Below are positions 16,151 to 29,783 of a stretch of 64,000 nucleotides of DNA, one piece after another (the first letter of the stretch is position 1; each line of letters opens with the position of its first letter). A program made the translations under genes and the position numbers. Source of the DNA: the human T2T-CHM13v2.0 reference genome, Homo sapiens; NCBI RefSeq assembly GCF_009914755.1, contig NC_060942.1, one strand, 5' to 3'. Below the pieces are notes generated by a model. The model searched no databases. It was not told the origin of the DNA and saw only the letters and a program-made list of their open reading frames with translations.

Positions 16151-16391
16151 AGGAAGCCTGCTTTTTCTTTAAATGCTCCTTGGTTGTAGTGTGTTAAAGC
16201 CAAGGTAATAATCTAGTCAGACTGCATGGAGGGACTTGCTCAGGTTTCTCCCTCTGACACGATGGTAGCAGGCACCTAAGCACATGCATACCACAGTGCT
16301 AGTGGTTCTTTGACAAACCTCTGCCCCAAGAGAGTCTAGGCTGGGCAGCAGAGAGTGCCTGTATTATTTAGAAGCACTACAGGCTGATGAC

Positions 16392-16397
16392 AGAGAG

Positions 16398-16442
<45 letters not shown>
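16392..16442. repeat. (GA)n microsatellite
   Basis: Directly visible. Confidence 0.95.
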
Positions 16443-16984
16443 AAATAACTCAACTTAGAAATATCTTTATGTAAATGAAGATTGTTTTTAGAAATCTACC
16501 AACACCTAAAAGTTAATTATGCTGGATTTAAAAACAAATATCAAAAACTCCCTGAGCTCTAACAGGCTTGCATAGAGCCCAAGGGTTCTATGGACAACTG
16601 GAGTGGGGGGCAGTGGATGTGATGATCTCAGTTTAGGAGAGAGTCCAGCTACAGAGTGCATCTGATCTGATGACTAGGGACATCTTCAGCAGTTCATAAA
16701 CACGTGCTGTTCTCACCAGCTGCTGGGGAAAAGAGGCTCTGGAAGCTGCCATTTGTTGGTTACAGGCAAAGGAGGTTAACTTGAAAGAAATGGGCATATT
16801 TTATATAATACAAGCTACCAGGGAGGATTTCAGAATGGTCTTTGTCTTGGTTAAAACGTGATCAAACACCACCATACCTTAAAAAACAGCTACAATGAAA
16901 ATTGAATTAATTAATTAAAATTAAATTAGAACAGAAAATTTAACTACTTAAACTAAAGCACATAAATTATGTTTTTAAAGGTCA

Positions 16985-17260
16985 GATTTCTGCTCCTATT
17001 CAAGGTAAACTAACTGATACGTATTTAACCTCCCACCTGAAACAACAACAAAAAAGGGAAAAACACACAAAATATATGAAATAATTGTTTGAAGACACTG
17101 GACATCAGGCAACAAAAGACAGTGATCCTTGAGAAAAGGAAAACAAATGATTGCCCCAGCTTATTGGTTTGAGATTTTTAGGCAACAGTACAGGGAAGGA
17201 GACCCAAGCAAAGCAAGACCGAACTACATGTTGCCTATAAGAAACCCATTTTAAATATAA
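16985..17260 (+). mobile_element. L1MC/MD-type 5' region fragment
   Basis: aagacactggacatcaggcaacaaaagacagtgatccttgaga; homologous to the reverse copy at ~27860-28140. Confidence 0.65.
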
Positions 17261-17269
17261 AGATAGAAA

Positions 17270-17490
17270 CAAAGAATGCAAATTGGTAATTGCCAAGGGC
17301 TATAAGGAGGAGGAAATGAATAGTGACTGCTTAATGGATTTTCTTTTAGGGGGATGAAAATATTTTGGAACTAAATAGAGCTAGTGGTTGTACAACATTG
17401 TAAATGTATTAAATGTCACTGAATTGTGCACTTTAAAATAATTACTTTTAAGTTATGTGGATTTCACTTAAAAAAAAAAAAAAGAAAGAA
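17270..17490 (+). mobile_element. L1MB 3' end
   Basis: ggggatgaaaatattttggaacta...gtggttgtacaacattgtaaatgta followed by an A tail. Confidence 0.8.
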
Positions 17491-17495
17491 AACTA

Positions 17496-17818
17496 GGCCA
17501 GGTACGGTGATTCACACCTGTAATCCCAGCATTTTGTGAGGCCGAGGCAGATGGATCACTTGAGGTCAGGAGTTCAAGACCAGCCTGGCCAACATGGTGA
17601 AACCCAGTCTCTATGAAAAAAAAAATACAAAAATTAACTGGCCATGGTGGTGGGTACCTGTAATCCCAGCTACTCAGGAGGCTGAGGCAGAAGGATTGAA
17701 CCTGGGAGGCTGCAGTGAGCCAAGATCGTGCCACTGCAGCCTGGGTGAGAGAATGAGGCTCCATCTCAAAAAAACAAAACAAGACAAAACATTAAAACCC
17801 AACAAATTAAAAAAAAGA
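17496..17818 (+). mobile_element. AluS (Sx/Sz-like)
   Basis: Dimer with small right-arm deletions; TSD aagaaagaaaacta. Confidence 0.9.
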
Positions 17819-17879
17819 AAGAAAGAAAACTAACGAGACATGCAAGCGTACAAAACCATATAAATAACCAGCTACCTAC

Positions 17880-18400
17880 AGGAGAGCTAGAAAATAAAGT
17901 TAAAAGACTCAGTCTTTAAAATAATTATGCTTGTTGTGTTCATTGAGAGATGAAAGATTGAGGATTTTGACAGAGACATATAAAGTATATAAAAAAGAAA
18001 ATTCTAGAACTGTAAATACAACTATCAAAATTAGTAACTCAGTGGATGGAGTTAGGTGGAGAATAGATAGCTGAAGAGAGAATTCATGAACTTTCAATGG
18101 ATCAGAAGACAATATCCAGAGTACAATATTGGGAGATGAAAGATAGAAAAAGCAGAAGCTGGGGTAAGAGACAAAGAAGTTAGACAAAGAAGTCCCAGAA
18201 GGAGAAGAGTAGGGAAGTGCAATAGAAGCAGTATTTGAAGAGTTAATAATTGAGAATTTAAAAAAGTTGATTAAAGGTATTAAGCCATAAATTAAGCTGA
18301 CTTCAAAGCAGAAACAGTGGAATCTGGACACAATGGAATGATGCCTTAAATGCTAAAAAAAAAAAAAAACAAACAAAAAAAACTATTAGCCAATGAATAC
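17880..18400 (+). mobile_element. L1ME ORF1-region remnant
   Basis: aaaattctagaactgtaaatacaactatc...gagagaattcatgaact, degenerate ORF1. Confidence 0.6.
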
Positions 18401-19669
18401 TTTAGGCAACAAGTGCTCCACAGTTCATAAGTGGGAACATTCACTTAGGACAGGAGAGATGTGAAAGGGTCACGGGAGATGGGTAAGGTTTGAGAAGGTC
18501 ACTAAAGAGGCATTAGCAAGTGATGTTTTACAGCCAAGTGGTCAGGAAATCTCAGGGTCTGTTGCTGGAACACTGATTCAGTCTGTTTGGGTAAAACTGA
18601 GCTCCTATTACTAGGGGTAGAATGGAAATTGAGGCTAGAAAGGGTCAGTAAGAGCAAGATGGTGAATGATCTCATTTTACAGGTGATAGGAAGTATTGGA
18701 GGTGTATCTGTGGCATCTCTACCTTGTTTCTTGGGAGGACACCACTAGTAAAACCTTTCTGACATTTTCCTGGTGTAGGTATAAATCACACTGTCTCTTG
18801 CCACTTTACTATGAGTGAAATGAAATTTAGATAAGTGCCAGGTTCAGCCTGCTCTGTACTTTCACTCCCTTGTGAGAACATATTATTGAATTGCCATTTT
18901 TAAAGAATCCAGTTGCAATGAATCTTATTTCCTCTTTCATTTGTTCCTCTGGAGCCAGAGTGAGACAGTAGATTAGGAAGGGAAGAGAAAATATAGAAGT
19001 TCCCTTTCAAAGTTGCTTTCACATGGCTGACCTTTCGATTTATTTTCTCTCTAAGTACCACACTTATTTTAGTCATAACCTTTCCCTTTTTGTCTCCGTA
19101 AGGGCAGACGCTCCTTATAAACCCACATGGTCTTCATCAGCCCACATGAATTCCGTCTTGCTTAACTGTGTTTTTCTCATCTCTGAGTGTCACTCCTATT
19201 TGGCTCCCTCCTCCAGAGTCCTACTCTGACACCTCTGGTGCACATCCTTGCATAATTCATAAATCTTAAAAAAAAAAATCTGTGGTGCTCTTTATCATGT
19301 GTTTTAAATCACATTAATGGCAGTGTGCTTTTAGAATCCTGTAATTTGACCTACTGAACCGAAAGTCTAACTTTCCAATCTTTTATCTTTTATTTGCATT
19401 TCTTGGGGTTTTTGGTTTTGGTATTATTCACTTCCTTTAAGATTTCTCAACTTTAACTTTTGCTGATTTAAAATTTATGCCATAAATTTGATATAGTACT
19501 CCACTTCTAATTGTTGTATGCAATGCGCAGCTTTCCAGACAGGGTATACATAAAGGGGTTTCAGTGCACAGATGTATGTACACATTTAATTGCACTAGTG
19601 TCAGGTTGCTGTCCAGAATGGCTGCATCAGTGTTCACTTCCACCATCGAAGCATGAAGTTTTTTATTTA

Positions 19670-19785
19670 TTTTGTTTGTTTGTTTGCTTTTGAGATACAG
19701 TCTCCCTCTGTCACCCAGGCTGGACTGCAGTGGCATAATCACAGCTCACTGTAGCCTTGACTGCCTAGGCGCAAGTGATTTTCCA
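19670..19785 (-). mobile_element. Truncated AluJ right-arm fragment
   Basis: tttgagatacagtctccctctgtcacccaggctggactgcagtggc. Confidence 0.85.
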
Positions 19786-19902
19786 TTTGCCTGCTCCTGT
19801 GCCAATATCCACTGTTTTAATATTGTGTCTACAGTATGTCTTCACAATTAATTAGTAAGACAATTTGTCCTTCTTTGTTTTTATTATCAAATTGACTTAT
19901 CA

Positions 19903-20198
19903 GGCTGGGCACAGTGGCTCATGCCTGTAATCCCAACACTTTGGGAGGCCGTGGTGGGAGGGTTCGCTTAAGCCCAGGAGTTTGAGACCAGCCTGGGCAA
20001 CATAGTGAGACCTCATTTCTACAAAAGACAAAAGTAAAAATTTAGCCTGGCATGGTGGCGTGTGCCTGTGGTTCCAGCTACTCAGGAGGCTGAGGTGGGA
20101 GTATCACTTCAGCCTGGGAGTTCGAGGCTGCAGTGAGCCATGATCATGCCACTGCATGCCAGCCTGGAGGATAGAGTGAGACCATGTCTCAAAAAAAA
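19903..20198 (+). mobile_element. AluJ
   Basis: J-type dimer; TSD aaattgact[t/a]atc. Confidence 0.92.
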
Positions 20199-21591
20199 AT
20201 TGACTAATCTATTTGAGAATCTTTAGTATTCTACTACATTTTAGAATAAGTTTGCCAAATCTTTAAAAAAAATCTTGTTGCAACTTTAGTAAGGATTACA
20301 TTTAATTTACAGATTAGTTTGGAAGAAACAACTTTGTAAAGTGTTCTCATTACATCCTTGTACATTTATGTAAATATTCTTTTATTTCATAATTAAAAGC
20401 TTTATAGAAATAAAATTGTCATACAAACCGTGCATATGTTTAAAACACACAAATTGGTAAGTTTTGACATACGGATTAACCCATGAAACCATCACAAATA
20501 TCAAGATAGTGAACAAATCCATAATCCCCTCAGACTTCCTTGTGTCCTTTTGTAATTCCTTTCTCCCATCTCTCTCCACATCCCTGTCTTTGTGTAACCT
20601 GTGATGCCCTCTCATCACTATAGATTAGTTTGCATTTTCTAAAGTTTTTAGTTAATGGAATCATACAGGAGGTACTTTTTTGTCTGGCTTCTTTCATTTG
20701 GCATGATAATTTTGAGATTCATCCATCTTGTAGCACGAATCAACAATTCCTTCCTGTTTATTGCTGAGTAGTATTCCACTGTATGGATATACCACAATTT
20801 ATTTACCCATTCACTGGTCAGTGGACAGTTGAGTTGTTTTCAGTTGTTGGCTATTACAAATAAAGCTTCTATGAACATTTGCATAAAATTGTTTGCAGGA
20901 ACATATGCTTTCTTTTCTTTTGGGTAAGTACATGGGAAAGAAATGATTGGGTTAGAGGGTAGGTATATGTTTAACTTCTTAAGAAGTTGCCAGACTGTTT
21001 TTCAAAGTGTTGGTATAATTTTACATTCCCACAAGCAGTGTAAGAGTTCTAGTTCCTTCAAATCCTTACCAGCAGGTTGTATGATTAGTCTTTTTAATTT
21101 TAGCCATTCTAGCAGGAGTGCAGAGGTATCTTATTGTGGTTTTAATTTTCATTTTCCTAATTACAAAGATGTTGGGCATATTTTGCTTATTTGCCATTCA
21201 TGTATCCTCTTCAGTGAAATGAGTGTTTAAGCCTTTTGCCTACTTTTAAAATTGGTTTGTCTGTTTTTCTTTTATTGTGCTTTGAGAAGTCTACATATAT
21301 TCCAGATAGAAGTTCTTTATTATATATGTAATTTACAAATATTTTCTCCTAGTCTCTGGCTTGTATGTTCATTCTCATAACAGTCTCTTGAAGAACAACT
21401 GTTTTATGGATGAGGTCTACTTTATCAAATTGTTCTTTTATGAAACGCGTCTGTATGTAAAGGAATTGTGTATATAAGAAGTGTGGTGTGTAAGTGTTGT
21501 ATATAAGTCTTTGCTTAACTCAAGTTTATGATGAACATTTCATGTTTTCTTCTAGAGGTTTTGTGGTTTTAGGTTTTAAATTAAGGCCTAT

Positions 21592-22330
21592 TTACTACTT
21601 TTCTACTGCAGCATAACAAATTACCAGAAATGTAGCAGCTTAAAACAATGCAAATTTATTATCTTACTGTTTCTATAGGTTAGAAATCCAGCATGGCATG
21701 ACTGTATTCTTTGGGCTAAAATCAAGTTATTGGCTAAAGCTGCAGTTCTGTGTCTTTGGGTCCTCTTCCAAGCAAACTAAGGTCTTTGGCCAATTTCAGT
21801 TACTTGTGTAATTACTTCAGTAAGTAATTACATTCATTTGGCTTGATAATTTTGAAATTCATCCATCTTGTAGCATGAATCAACAGTTCCTTATTACTTC
21901 AAGAAGTAATTACACAAGTAATTGAAGTTGGCCAAAGTAATTACTTATTGAAGTAATTCAATTACTTATGGTCATACGACTGAGATCTCTGTTCCTTGCT
22001 GGCTATTAGCCAAGGGCCTTTCTCTCAGCAATTTAAGGCTGTCCGTATTTCTTCTCACATGGCCAAGCTCCATCTTCAAACAAGCAATGGTACACTGACT
22101 CTTCATGCTTTGACTCCCTCTAACTTCCATTTCTGTCTTTTTCTTCTGCTTTTAAGGACACATGTGGATTACATTGGAACCACGTGGAAATCCAGGGTAG
22201 CCTCCCTATTCTAAGTCAGCTGATTAGTAACCTTAATTACCTCTGCAAAGTCATTTTTGCTATGTAACATATTCAGTCTTGGGGATCAGGGTATAGAAAC
22301 TTTTTGGTGGACGTAATTCTTCTTACCACA
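21592..22330 (-). mobile_element. MLT1E-like LTR carrying a complex insertion
   Basis: gcataacaaattaccagaaatgtagcagcttaaaacaa...gactgagatctctgttccttgctggct...taccaca. Confidence 0.75.
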
Positions 22331-22341
22331 GTCAATGACCC

Positions 22342-22706
22342 TGATATGGTTTAGCTGTGTGTCCTCACCCAAATCTCATCTCGAATTTTAATCCCCATGT
22401 GTTGAGAGAGGGAAGTGACTGGATTATGAAGGCCATTTCCCCCATGCTGTTCTCGTAATAGTGAGTGAATTCTCATGACATCTGATTGTTTTATAAATGG
22501 CTATAAATGGTAGTTTTTCCTGCACTCTCACACATTCTCTCTCTCGCCTGCAACCGTGTAAGACATGCCTGCTTCCCTTTCCACCATGATTTTAAGTTTC
22601 CTGAGGCCCCAGCCATATGGAACTGTGAGTCAGTTAAACCTCTTTTCTTTATAAATTACCCAGTCCAGGGCAGTTCTTTATAGCAGTGTAAGAATGGACT
22701 AATATA
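22342..22706 (+). mobile_element. THE1D-like solo LTR
   Basis: tgatatggtttagctgtgt...aaacctcttttctttataaattacccagt...ggactaatata; TSD gaccc/gatcc. Confidence 0.88.
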
Positions 22707-22811
22707 GATCCATTTTGTGTTAATATTTATATATAGTGTGAAGTATGAATAGTTCATTTGTTTTCATGTGGATATGCAATTGTTCCAGCATCATTTGTTA
22801 AAAAGGCTATC

Positions 22812-23168
22812 TGCAATGATCTGGATGTGTCCTCCCAAAATTCAGATGTTGAAATTTAATCACAAATCTGACAGTATTGAGAGGTGGGACTTTTAGGAAG
22901 TGATTAAGTCATGAGGCAGAGATGCCATGAATGGGATTACTGCCCTTATAAAAGAGGTTGAAGGGAACAGCCTTGACCTGCCATGTGAGGATGCAGTAAC
23001 AAGGTGCCACCTTGGAAAAAGAGATCATTCCCTCACCAGACACTAAATCTGATAGTGCATTGATTTTGGACTTCCCAGCCTCCAGAACTGTGAGCAATAC
23101 ATTTCTATTATGTATAAATTACTCAGTCTAAGGTATTTTTGTTATAGCTGCCTGAATGAACTAAGATA
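22812..23168 (+). mobile_element. MSTC/MSTD-like MaLR solo LTR
   Basis: cccaaaattcagatgttgaaatttaatc...ttggacttcccagcctccagaactgtgagcaata. Confidence 0.8.
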
Positions 23169-23966
23169 CTTTTTCTCTACTGGATTTCCCTGTACCTTTG
23201 TCAAAAATCCTTTGTCAATGTATGTTTGGGTCTATATCTGGACTCTGTATTCTGTTCCATTTATCTGATTGTTTATTGCTATGCCAATACAACACTGTTT
23301 TGACTATCACAGCATTACAGTGTCTTGAAGTCTGGTAGAGTTAACCGCAATTTTTCTCTTATTTTTCAAAGTTGTTTGAATATTTCAGGTTTTTGCATTT
23401 CTATGTGAATTTTAGAATCAAAATATCAATTTCTATATGAATAATACTGGATTTTGAGATTGAATTGAATATATAGATTAATTTAGGGAGAATTGACATC
23501 ACAACTATATGTTGTGTTTTCTTACCACCGAACAAAATATAATCTCCTTTTATTTAGATTTTCTTTTATTTATCTCAGCATTGTTTTATATTTTTCAGTG
23601 TAGAGCTCTTTCACATCTTTTGTCAGATGTATCCCAAGCTTTTCATTTTTTGGAAACATTGTATTTTAATATCAATATATGATTGTTCATTCCTAGTATA
23701 TAAAAAAGGAATTTATTTTTGTTTCCGTTTCTTACTTTTCTTTCTTATTGCACTGGCCATAATCTCCTGTGCAATGTTAAATGTTGTCCTTGTCCTGTTC
23801 CTAATATTAGGGGAAAGCCTTCAGTCTTTCACCATTAAGTATAATGTTAACTCTAAGTCTTTCATAGATGGCCTTTATCAGGTTGAAGAATTTCCCTCAT
23901 ATTCCTAGTTTGCTAAGATTTGGATTTTTTTTCACAAAAAAACAAACAAAAAAGCCCACAAGAATC

Positions 23967-24261
23967 AGCTGGGCACAGTAGCTCACACCTGCAATCTCAG
24001 CACTGGGAGGCTCAGGTGGGCAGATAGCTTGAGTTCAGAAGTTTGAGACCAGCCTGAGCAACATGACAAAACCCTGTTTTTACCAAAAATACAAAAATTA
24101 GCCAGGCAAGGTGGTATGTGCCTGTGGTCCCAGCTACCTAGAAGACTGAGGTGGGAGACCCACCTGAGCCTGGGAGGTGGAGATTGTGCCAAGACCCAAG
24201 ATCACACCACTGCACTCAAGCCTGGGCAACAAAGTGTAAACCCATCTCAAAAAAAAAAAAA
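23967..24261 (+). mobile_element. AluJ
   Basis: Dimer; TSD approximately aaaaa[g/a]cccacaa[g/a]aat. Confidence 0.9.
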
Positions 24262-24269
24262 CCCACAAA

Positions 24270-25173
24270 AATTGATGTTGGATTTTGTCTAATGCTTTTT
24301 CTGTGCTATTGAGATGATTATATGGTTTTTGTTCTTTCTGCTGATATGATGTGTCACATTTATTGATTTGAACCATCTTTGTATCCCTGGGATAAATCCC
24401 CCTTGATCATGGTGAATAATCTTTTTAATGTGCTGCTGGATTCAGTTTGCTAGTATTTCATCCGAGATTTTTGCATACTGGTCCATCAGAGACATTGGTG
24501 TATAGTTTTCTTTTTTTGTTGTATTTTTGGTTTTGGTATCAGCGGAATGTTGACCTCATAGAATGAGTTTGGAAGTAGTTCCTCCTCTTTACTTTTAATT
24601 TTCCTTTTAACCAGGAAGAATGAGCTTGAATCTTCTTTACTTTTTGGGAATAGCTTGAGACATATTGTTATTGGCTCTTTAAATGTTTGGGCGAATAACT
24701 CAGTGAAGCCATTGGGGCCTCGGCTTTTCTTTGATGGGAGGCTTTTTATTACAGATTTAAGCTCATAACTCATAAGGGGTCTGTTCAGGTTTTCTGTTTC
24801 TTATTATTTCTATCTTGATAGGTTGTATATGTCCAGGAATTTATCTATTTCCATTCAGTTTTCTGATTTGTTGGCATATAGTTGTTTGTAATGTAATAGA
24901 CAAATAATTCTTTGTATTTCTGTGATATTAGTTGCAATACCTCGTTTTCATTTCTGTTTTATTTATTTAGATCTTCTTTTTTCTTGGTCAGTCTACATAA
25001 TGGTTTGCTGATTTTGTTCATCTTTTTAAAAAGCCAACTTCTTGTTTCATTGATATTTTATATCTTTTTATGTCTCAATTTTATTTATTTATGCTCTGTT
25101 CTTTATTATTTCTTACCTTCCACAAATTTTGAGTTTGGTTTGCTTTTGCTTTTCTAGTTCCTTGAGATGCATT
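24270..25173 (-). mobile_element. L1MA/L1M2 ORF2 fragment
   Basis: ORF 24486-24773 is ORF2-like (SVIKSLPSKKSRGPNGFTEL...LPNSFYE). Confidence 0.85.
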
Positions 25174-25328
25174 GTGATATAGTTTCAATGTGTGTTCCTG
25201 CCTAAATCTCATGTTGAATTGTAATCCCCAGTATTGGAGGAGGAGCCTGGTGGGAGGTGATTGGATCATGAGAGTGGACTTCATCCTTGCTGTTCTCATG
25301 ATAGTGAGTGAGTTCTCATGAGATCTGG
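25174..25328 (+). mobile_element. MSTA-like LTR, 5' half only
   Basis: tgatatagtttcaatgtgtgttcctgcctaaatctcatgttgaattgtaatcccc...gagatctgg, then abrupt loss. Confidence 0.8.
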
Positions 25329-25329
25329 G

Positions 25330-26710
25330 GGTCCTTATATTCTCATTTTCCACACAATGGGGGGGATTTAGCCAAGGAAATCTCTTAGTGTCAGGTCTGA
25401 TACAGCCTACAAGCAGCTGCAATGACACTGGGTTCCAGGTGCAGGTGCTTGCAGTAGTTGTGAGTCTGGAGTCCTAGGCTTAGTGTCTTGTGAACCTATT
25501 TTGGCACCTGGGTGTTGGGGTACTGGTTTGCTCTCTGTGGTGGGGTTGGTTGTAGCTTGCTCACAGAGATAGAATCTGTCACCTTGAGGTAACTTCTAGC
25601 AGCTCAGGCCCAGAGGGCTGGGTTGTAGCTATGATTATATCCCTGGGGGTCAGAGCACAGCATTGGCCCAACTCCAGGGAGTAAGGGATGCTCTGGAGGT
25701 TTGGGCCTGGGGAGAAGGGTATGGCTGCAATTCAGGAACCTGAGCCAATAGGGCTCAGTAACAACTTGAGTGCCGTGAGTGCCACGAGATAAGGCACCAT
25801 GTAGTAGTAACTATAGACCTTGGGATGGTGGGGCTTGGCAGTGTCCCAGACTGTGAGGGCAGGTGCATTGACAGCAAGTACCCCAGAATGGTGAAGCACA
25901 GCTGTCGTTTTGCCCTGGGGAGGGCAGAGCACAGCACAGTGATCATTTGACTCTCCAGGGCTCAGAATCTAGAGGGCTAGTCCAGCTTCAGGGAAGCAGG
26001 ATACTAGATTTGTTTGGCCTGTAGGGTAGGGCGTCTCACCTCAGCCACTGCTCTATTTCCCTGGGATGCAGGGGTACAAAGTTAGCTCAGCCTTGGGATA
26101 CACAGTTGCTCAGCATGGCCAGGCCACCAATTCACCAGGTGGCAATGTGCCACTTCAGTTCAGGACTGGGGTGAGGTGGTTTAGTGGTGGCTTTTAGGGA
26201 TGAAAGGGAGCTATGGCTACTCACACCCAGAGTAAGACACTTCAGCTGTAGTTCCAATTCCAAGATGGCATAGTGTAGTCGCCACATGAGCTACAGTGGG
26301 CAGGGCACAATGTCAGCTCCTTCTCTCGGAGAAGCACAGGTATTTGGACTGTGCTCCCTCACCTGAGCTCAGTGCCTGTGAGGACTGCAGGGGACCTGGT
26401 AATGAGGTCTACAGATGTCCAAGGTATTGATGGGGGTTGCTGGGATCTTCTTTCTTACCTCCTTGCCTTAAGGAGAAGTTCTTGCTGGTTCCCAGCTGAT
26501 CCCAGTTGAGTGGGAGGGTTGTAGAGGCCCAGTGTTTCCTTCTGTGGCGATCCCAAGTTTCTGTGCTCACTGGGGTTTCTGTTACTCCTCTGATGCACCC
26601 TGGTGCTCTTTCTCAGTTAATCTCATTAAAATGTAGTTGTTTATTCATTGTTCTGGCTGTCTTTGTGAGAGGAATGAGTACTAGGGGCTTCTAGTTGGCC
26701 ATCGTGCTTC
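25330..26710 (-). mobile_element. GC-richer L1M2/L1M3-type 5' UTR remnant
   Basis: Ends ...ggggcttctagttggccatcgtg, the reverse of an L1 5' terminus (caagatggcc-like). Confidence 0.6.
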
Positions 26711-26739
26711 AGTGTGGGAACTTGAGCAGTCTATTCTAC

Positions 26740-28140
26740 ATATGTCATGCTGCTTGAAGCTGTTCCACAGTTTAATGAAGCTCGCTATTTTTTTTCCTTT
26801 TCTTCTGTCAAGTCTAATCTGCCATTAATTCTTCCAGGGCATATTTTTATTGCAAACAGTGTAGCTTTTCATTTCTAGAAATTTGGTTTAGGTCTTTTTT
26901 AAAAAATCTCACATGTTTTTATATAACTTTTTGAAAAATACAGAATACAGATTTAATGATTGCCTTAATGTCTTCGTCTGCTTACTCTAACACCTGGGTC
27001 AGTTCTAGGTCAGTTTTGTTTGATCCATTATTCTCATTGTGAATTATACTCTCCTACTTCTTTTCATTGCCTGATGACCATGTTTTGATGCCAGATATTG
27101 TGAATTTTACATTGTTGGGTGCTGGATACTTTTTTTTTTTTTTTTTTGAGATGGAGTCTTGCTCCATCACCCAGGCTGGAGTGCAGTGGCACGATCTTGG
27201 CTCACTGCAACCTCCTCCTCCTGAGTTCAAGCAATTCTCTGCCTCAGCCTCCCGAGTAGCTGGGATTACAGGCACCTGCCACCATACCTGGCTAATTTTT
27301 GTATTTTTAGTAGAGATGGGGTTTCACCATCTTGGCCAGGCTGGTCTTGAACTCCTGATCTCGTGATCCACCTGCCTCGGCCTCCCAAAGTGCTGCGATT
27401 ACAGGCATGAGCCACTGTGCCCGGCCGATAGTTTTTTATTCTGTGAATATTTTTGTGGTCTGTTCTGGGATGCAGTTAAGTTTCTTAGAAATAGTCTCAT
27501 CCTTTCAGGTCTTACTTTTATGATTCTAATGGCGCCAGAGTAGTGCTCTGTGTACTGCTAATTATTTCCCACTACTAAAGCAAGACCTTCTTGGGTATCC
27601 TATCCAATAGTCTGTGAATTAAGTTTTTCCAGTCTGGCTGGTGAGAATAAGCACTATTCCCAGCTCAGTGTTAATGCCAGGCACTGTTCTCTAATCCTTT
27701 CAGCTAGCTTCCTCCCACCCCCCACACCCAGTCTTGGGCAGGTTCCTCTCACTCCTGCGCTGGTCACTCCTCCACTGAATATGCAGGGTGACCATCTACA
27801 AATATCTGTGTTTCTCTCTTTGTCTTAAGAACTTCAGCCACTTTTATCTACCTGGGACTCTCAGTTCTGACTGTGACTCACGGAGACTGCTAGGCTGTGC
27901 CTGGGTTTCCTCTTCCAATGCTGTAGCCTGGGAACTCTCTCAAGGCAGTAAGTTGGTACAACCATAGGGCTCACCTCATCTGTTTCCTGTCTTTCAGGAT
28001 TAATCTTTTTGTTGCCTGATGTCCAATATCTTAAAACCCATTGTTTCATATATTTGGTCTTGATTTGTTTGTTTGCTTGTTTGTTTGAGGCGGGAGTGTA
28101 AATGTGGTTCCTGTTACCCCATCCCGGGTAGAAGCAAATG
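26740..28140 (-). mobile_element. L1MC/MD ORF1 and 5' UTR remnant
   Basis: ttgatgccagatattgtgaattttac...gggaactctctcaaggcagtaag...ttgcctgatgtccaatatcttaaaac. Confidence 0.7.
27130..27426 (-). mobile_element. AluSg-like
   Basis: Reverse dimer with cctgatctcgtgatcc (2-nt left-arm deletion). Confidence 0.92.
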
Positions 28141-28596
28141 TTTCTTCCTTTATTTTCTTAATTCGAGATTTTGTCTCCATAAATATCTTATATATTCTTG
28201 AATTATTTCCTTGATAGTTCTTTTCTCTCTGTTTTCTCTCTCTCTCTCTCATTCTACTTTATTGGAGACTTTCTCAACTTTATCTTTGAAATATTCTGTT
28301 GAATTTTTAGTTTCTACTATTATATTCCTAATTTCCAGGAGATCTCTCTTGTTTTTTGAATGCTTCTTTTTTTATAGCCTCCTCTTCTTATTTAATGGAT
28401 GAACTATCACATCTATCTAGAATATTAATTCAATTTTAACACATTTTCTTCTACTCATTGCATTTCTTAGTTTCCAAATTCCCTTTTTCTACTTGTTTAT
28501 TTGATTTATATATTTTATATTATATATTTTATGTTAAAGGCTTTCTTCCATTATAAGGTGATCTCTGGTTTCTCATTCACATATATATATGAATGA

Positions 28597-28918
<322 letters not shown>

Positions 28919-29251
28919 CTCTTATTCATATTTAAGAGTAGTCACTTACAAGCAAATTGGAAGCTCTTGCTTACTTACACAACAGTAAATTTAATATTTA
29001 TAAACAGTAAATGTTACCAAATTATACACTCATCCTTATATCCCTTATTCCAAGGTGCCTTCCTATATTTACTACTTCCCTTCTTGCTAGAATTCTTCCT
29101 CTAAGAGTGTTATCAAAAAGGGTTTTGTTTGTTTGTTTGTGTGGTTTTTTTTTTGTATAGTAAAACTCTATGAGACTCAGTATATCTGGGGATATCTTTA
29201 TTTTATCCTCACCCTAAATGGTAATATACCTGAATATAAAGTTCTAGTTCA

Positions 29252-29783
<532 letters not shown>

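Larger units (their letters stand above)
20380..23935 (-). mobile_element. L1MB/MC element (3' UTR and ORF2) interrupted by MLT1E, THE1D and MSTD
   Basis: Reverse L1 3' UTR (ccatgaaaccatcac...ttattgctgagtagtattccactgtatggatataccacaattt) followed by ORF2 pieces. Confidence 0.8.
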
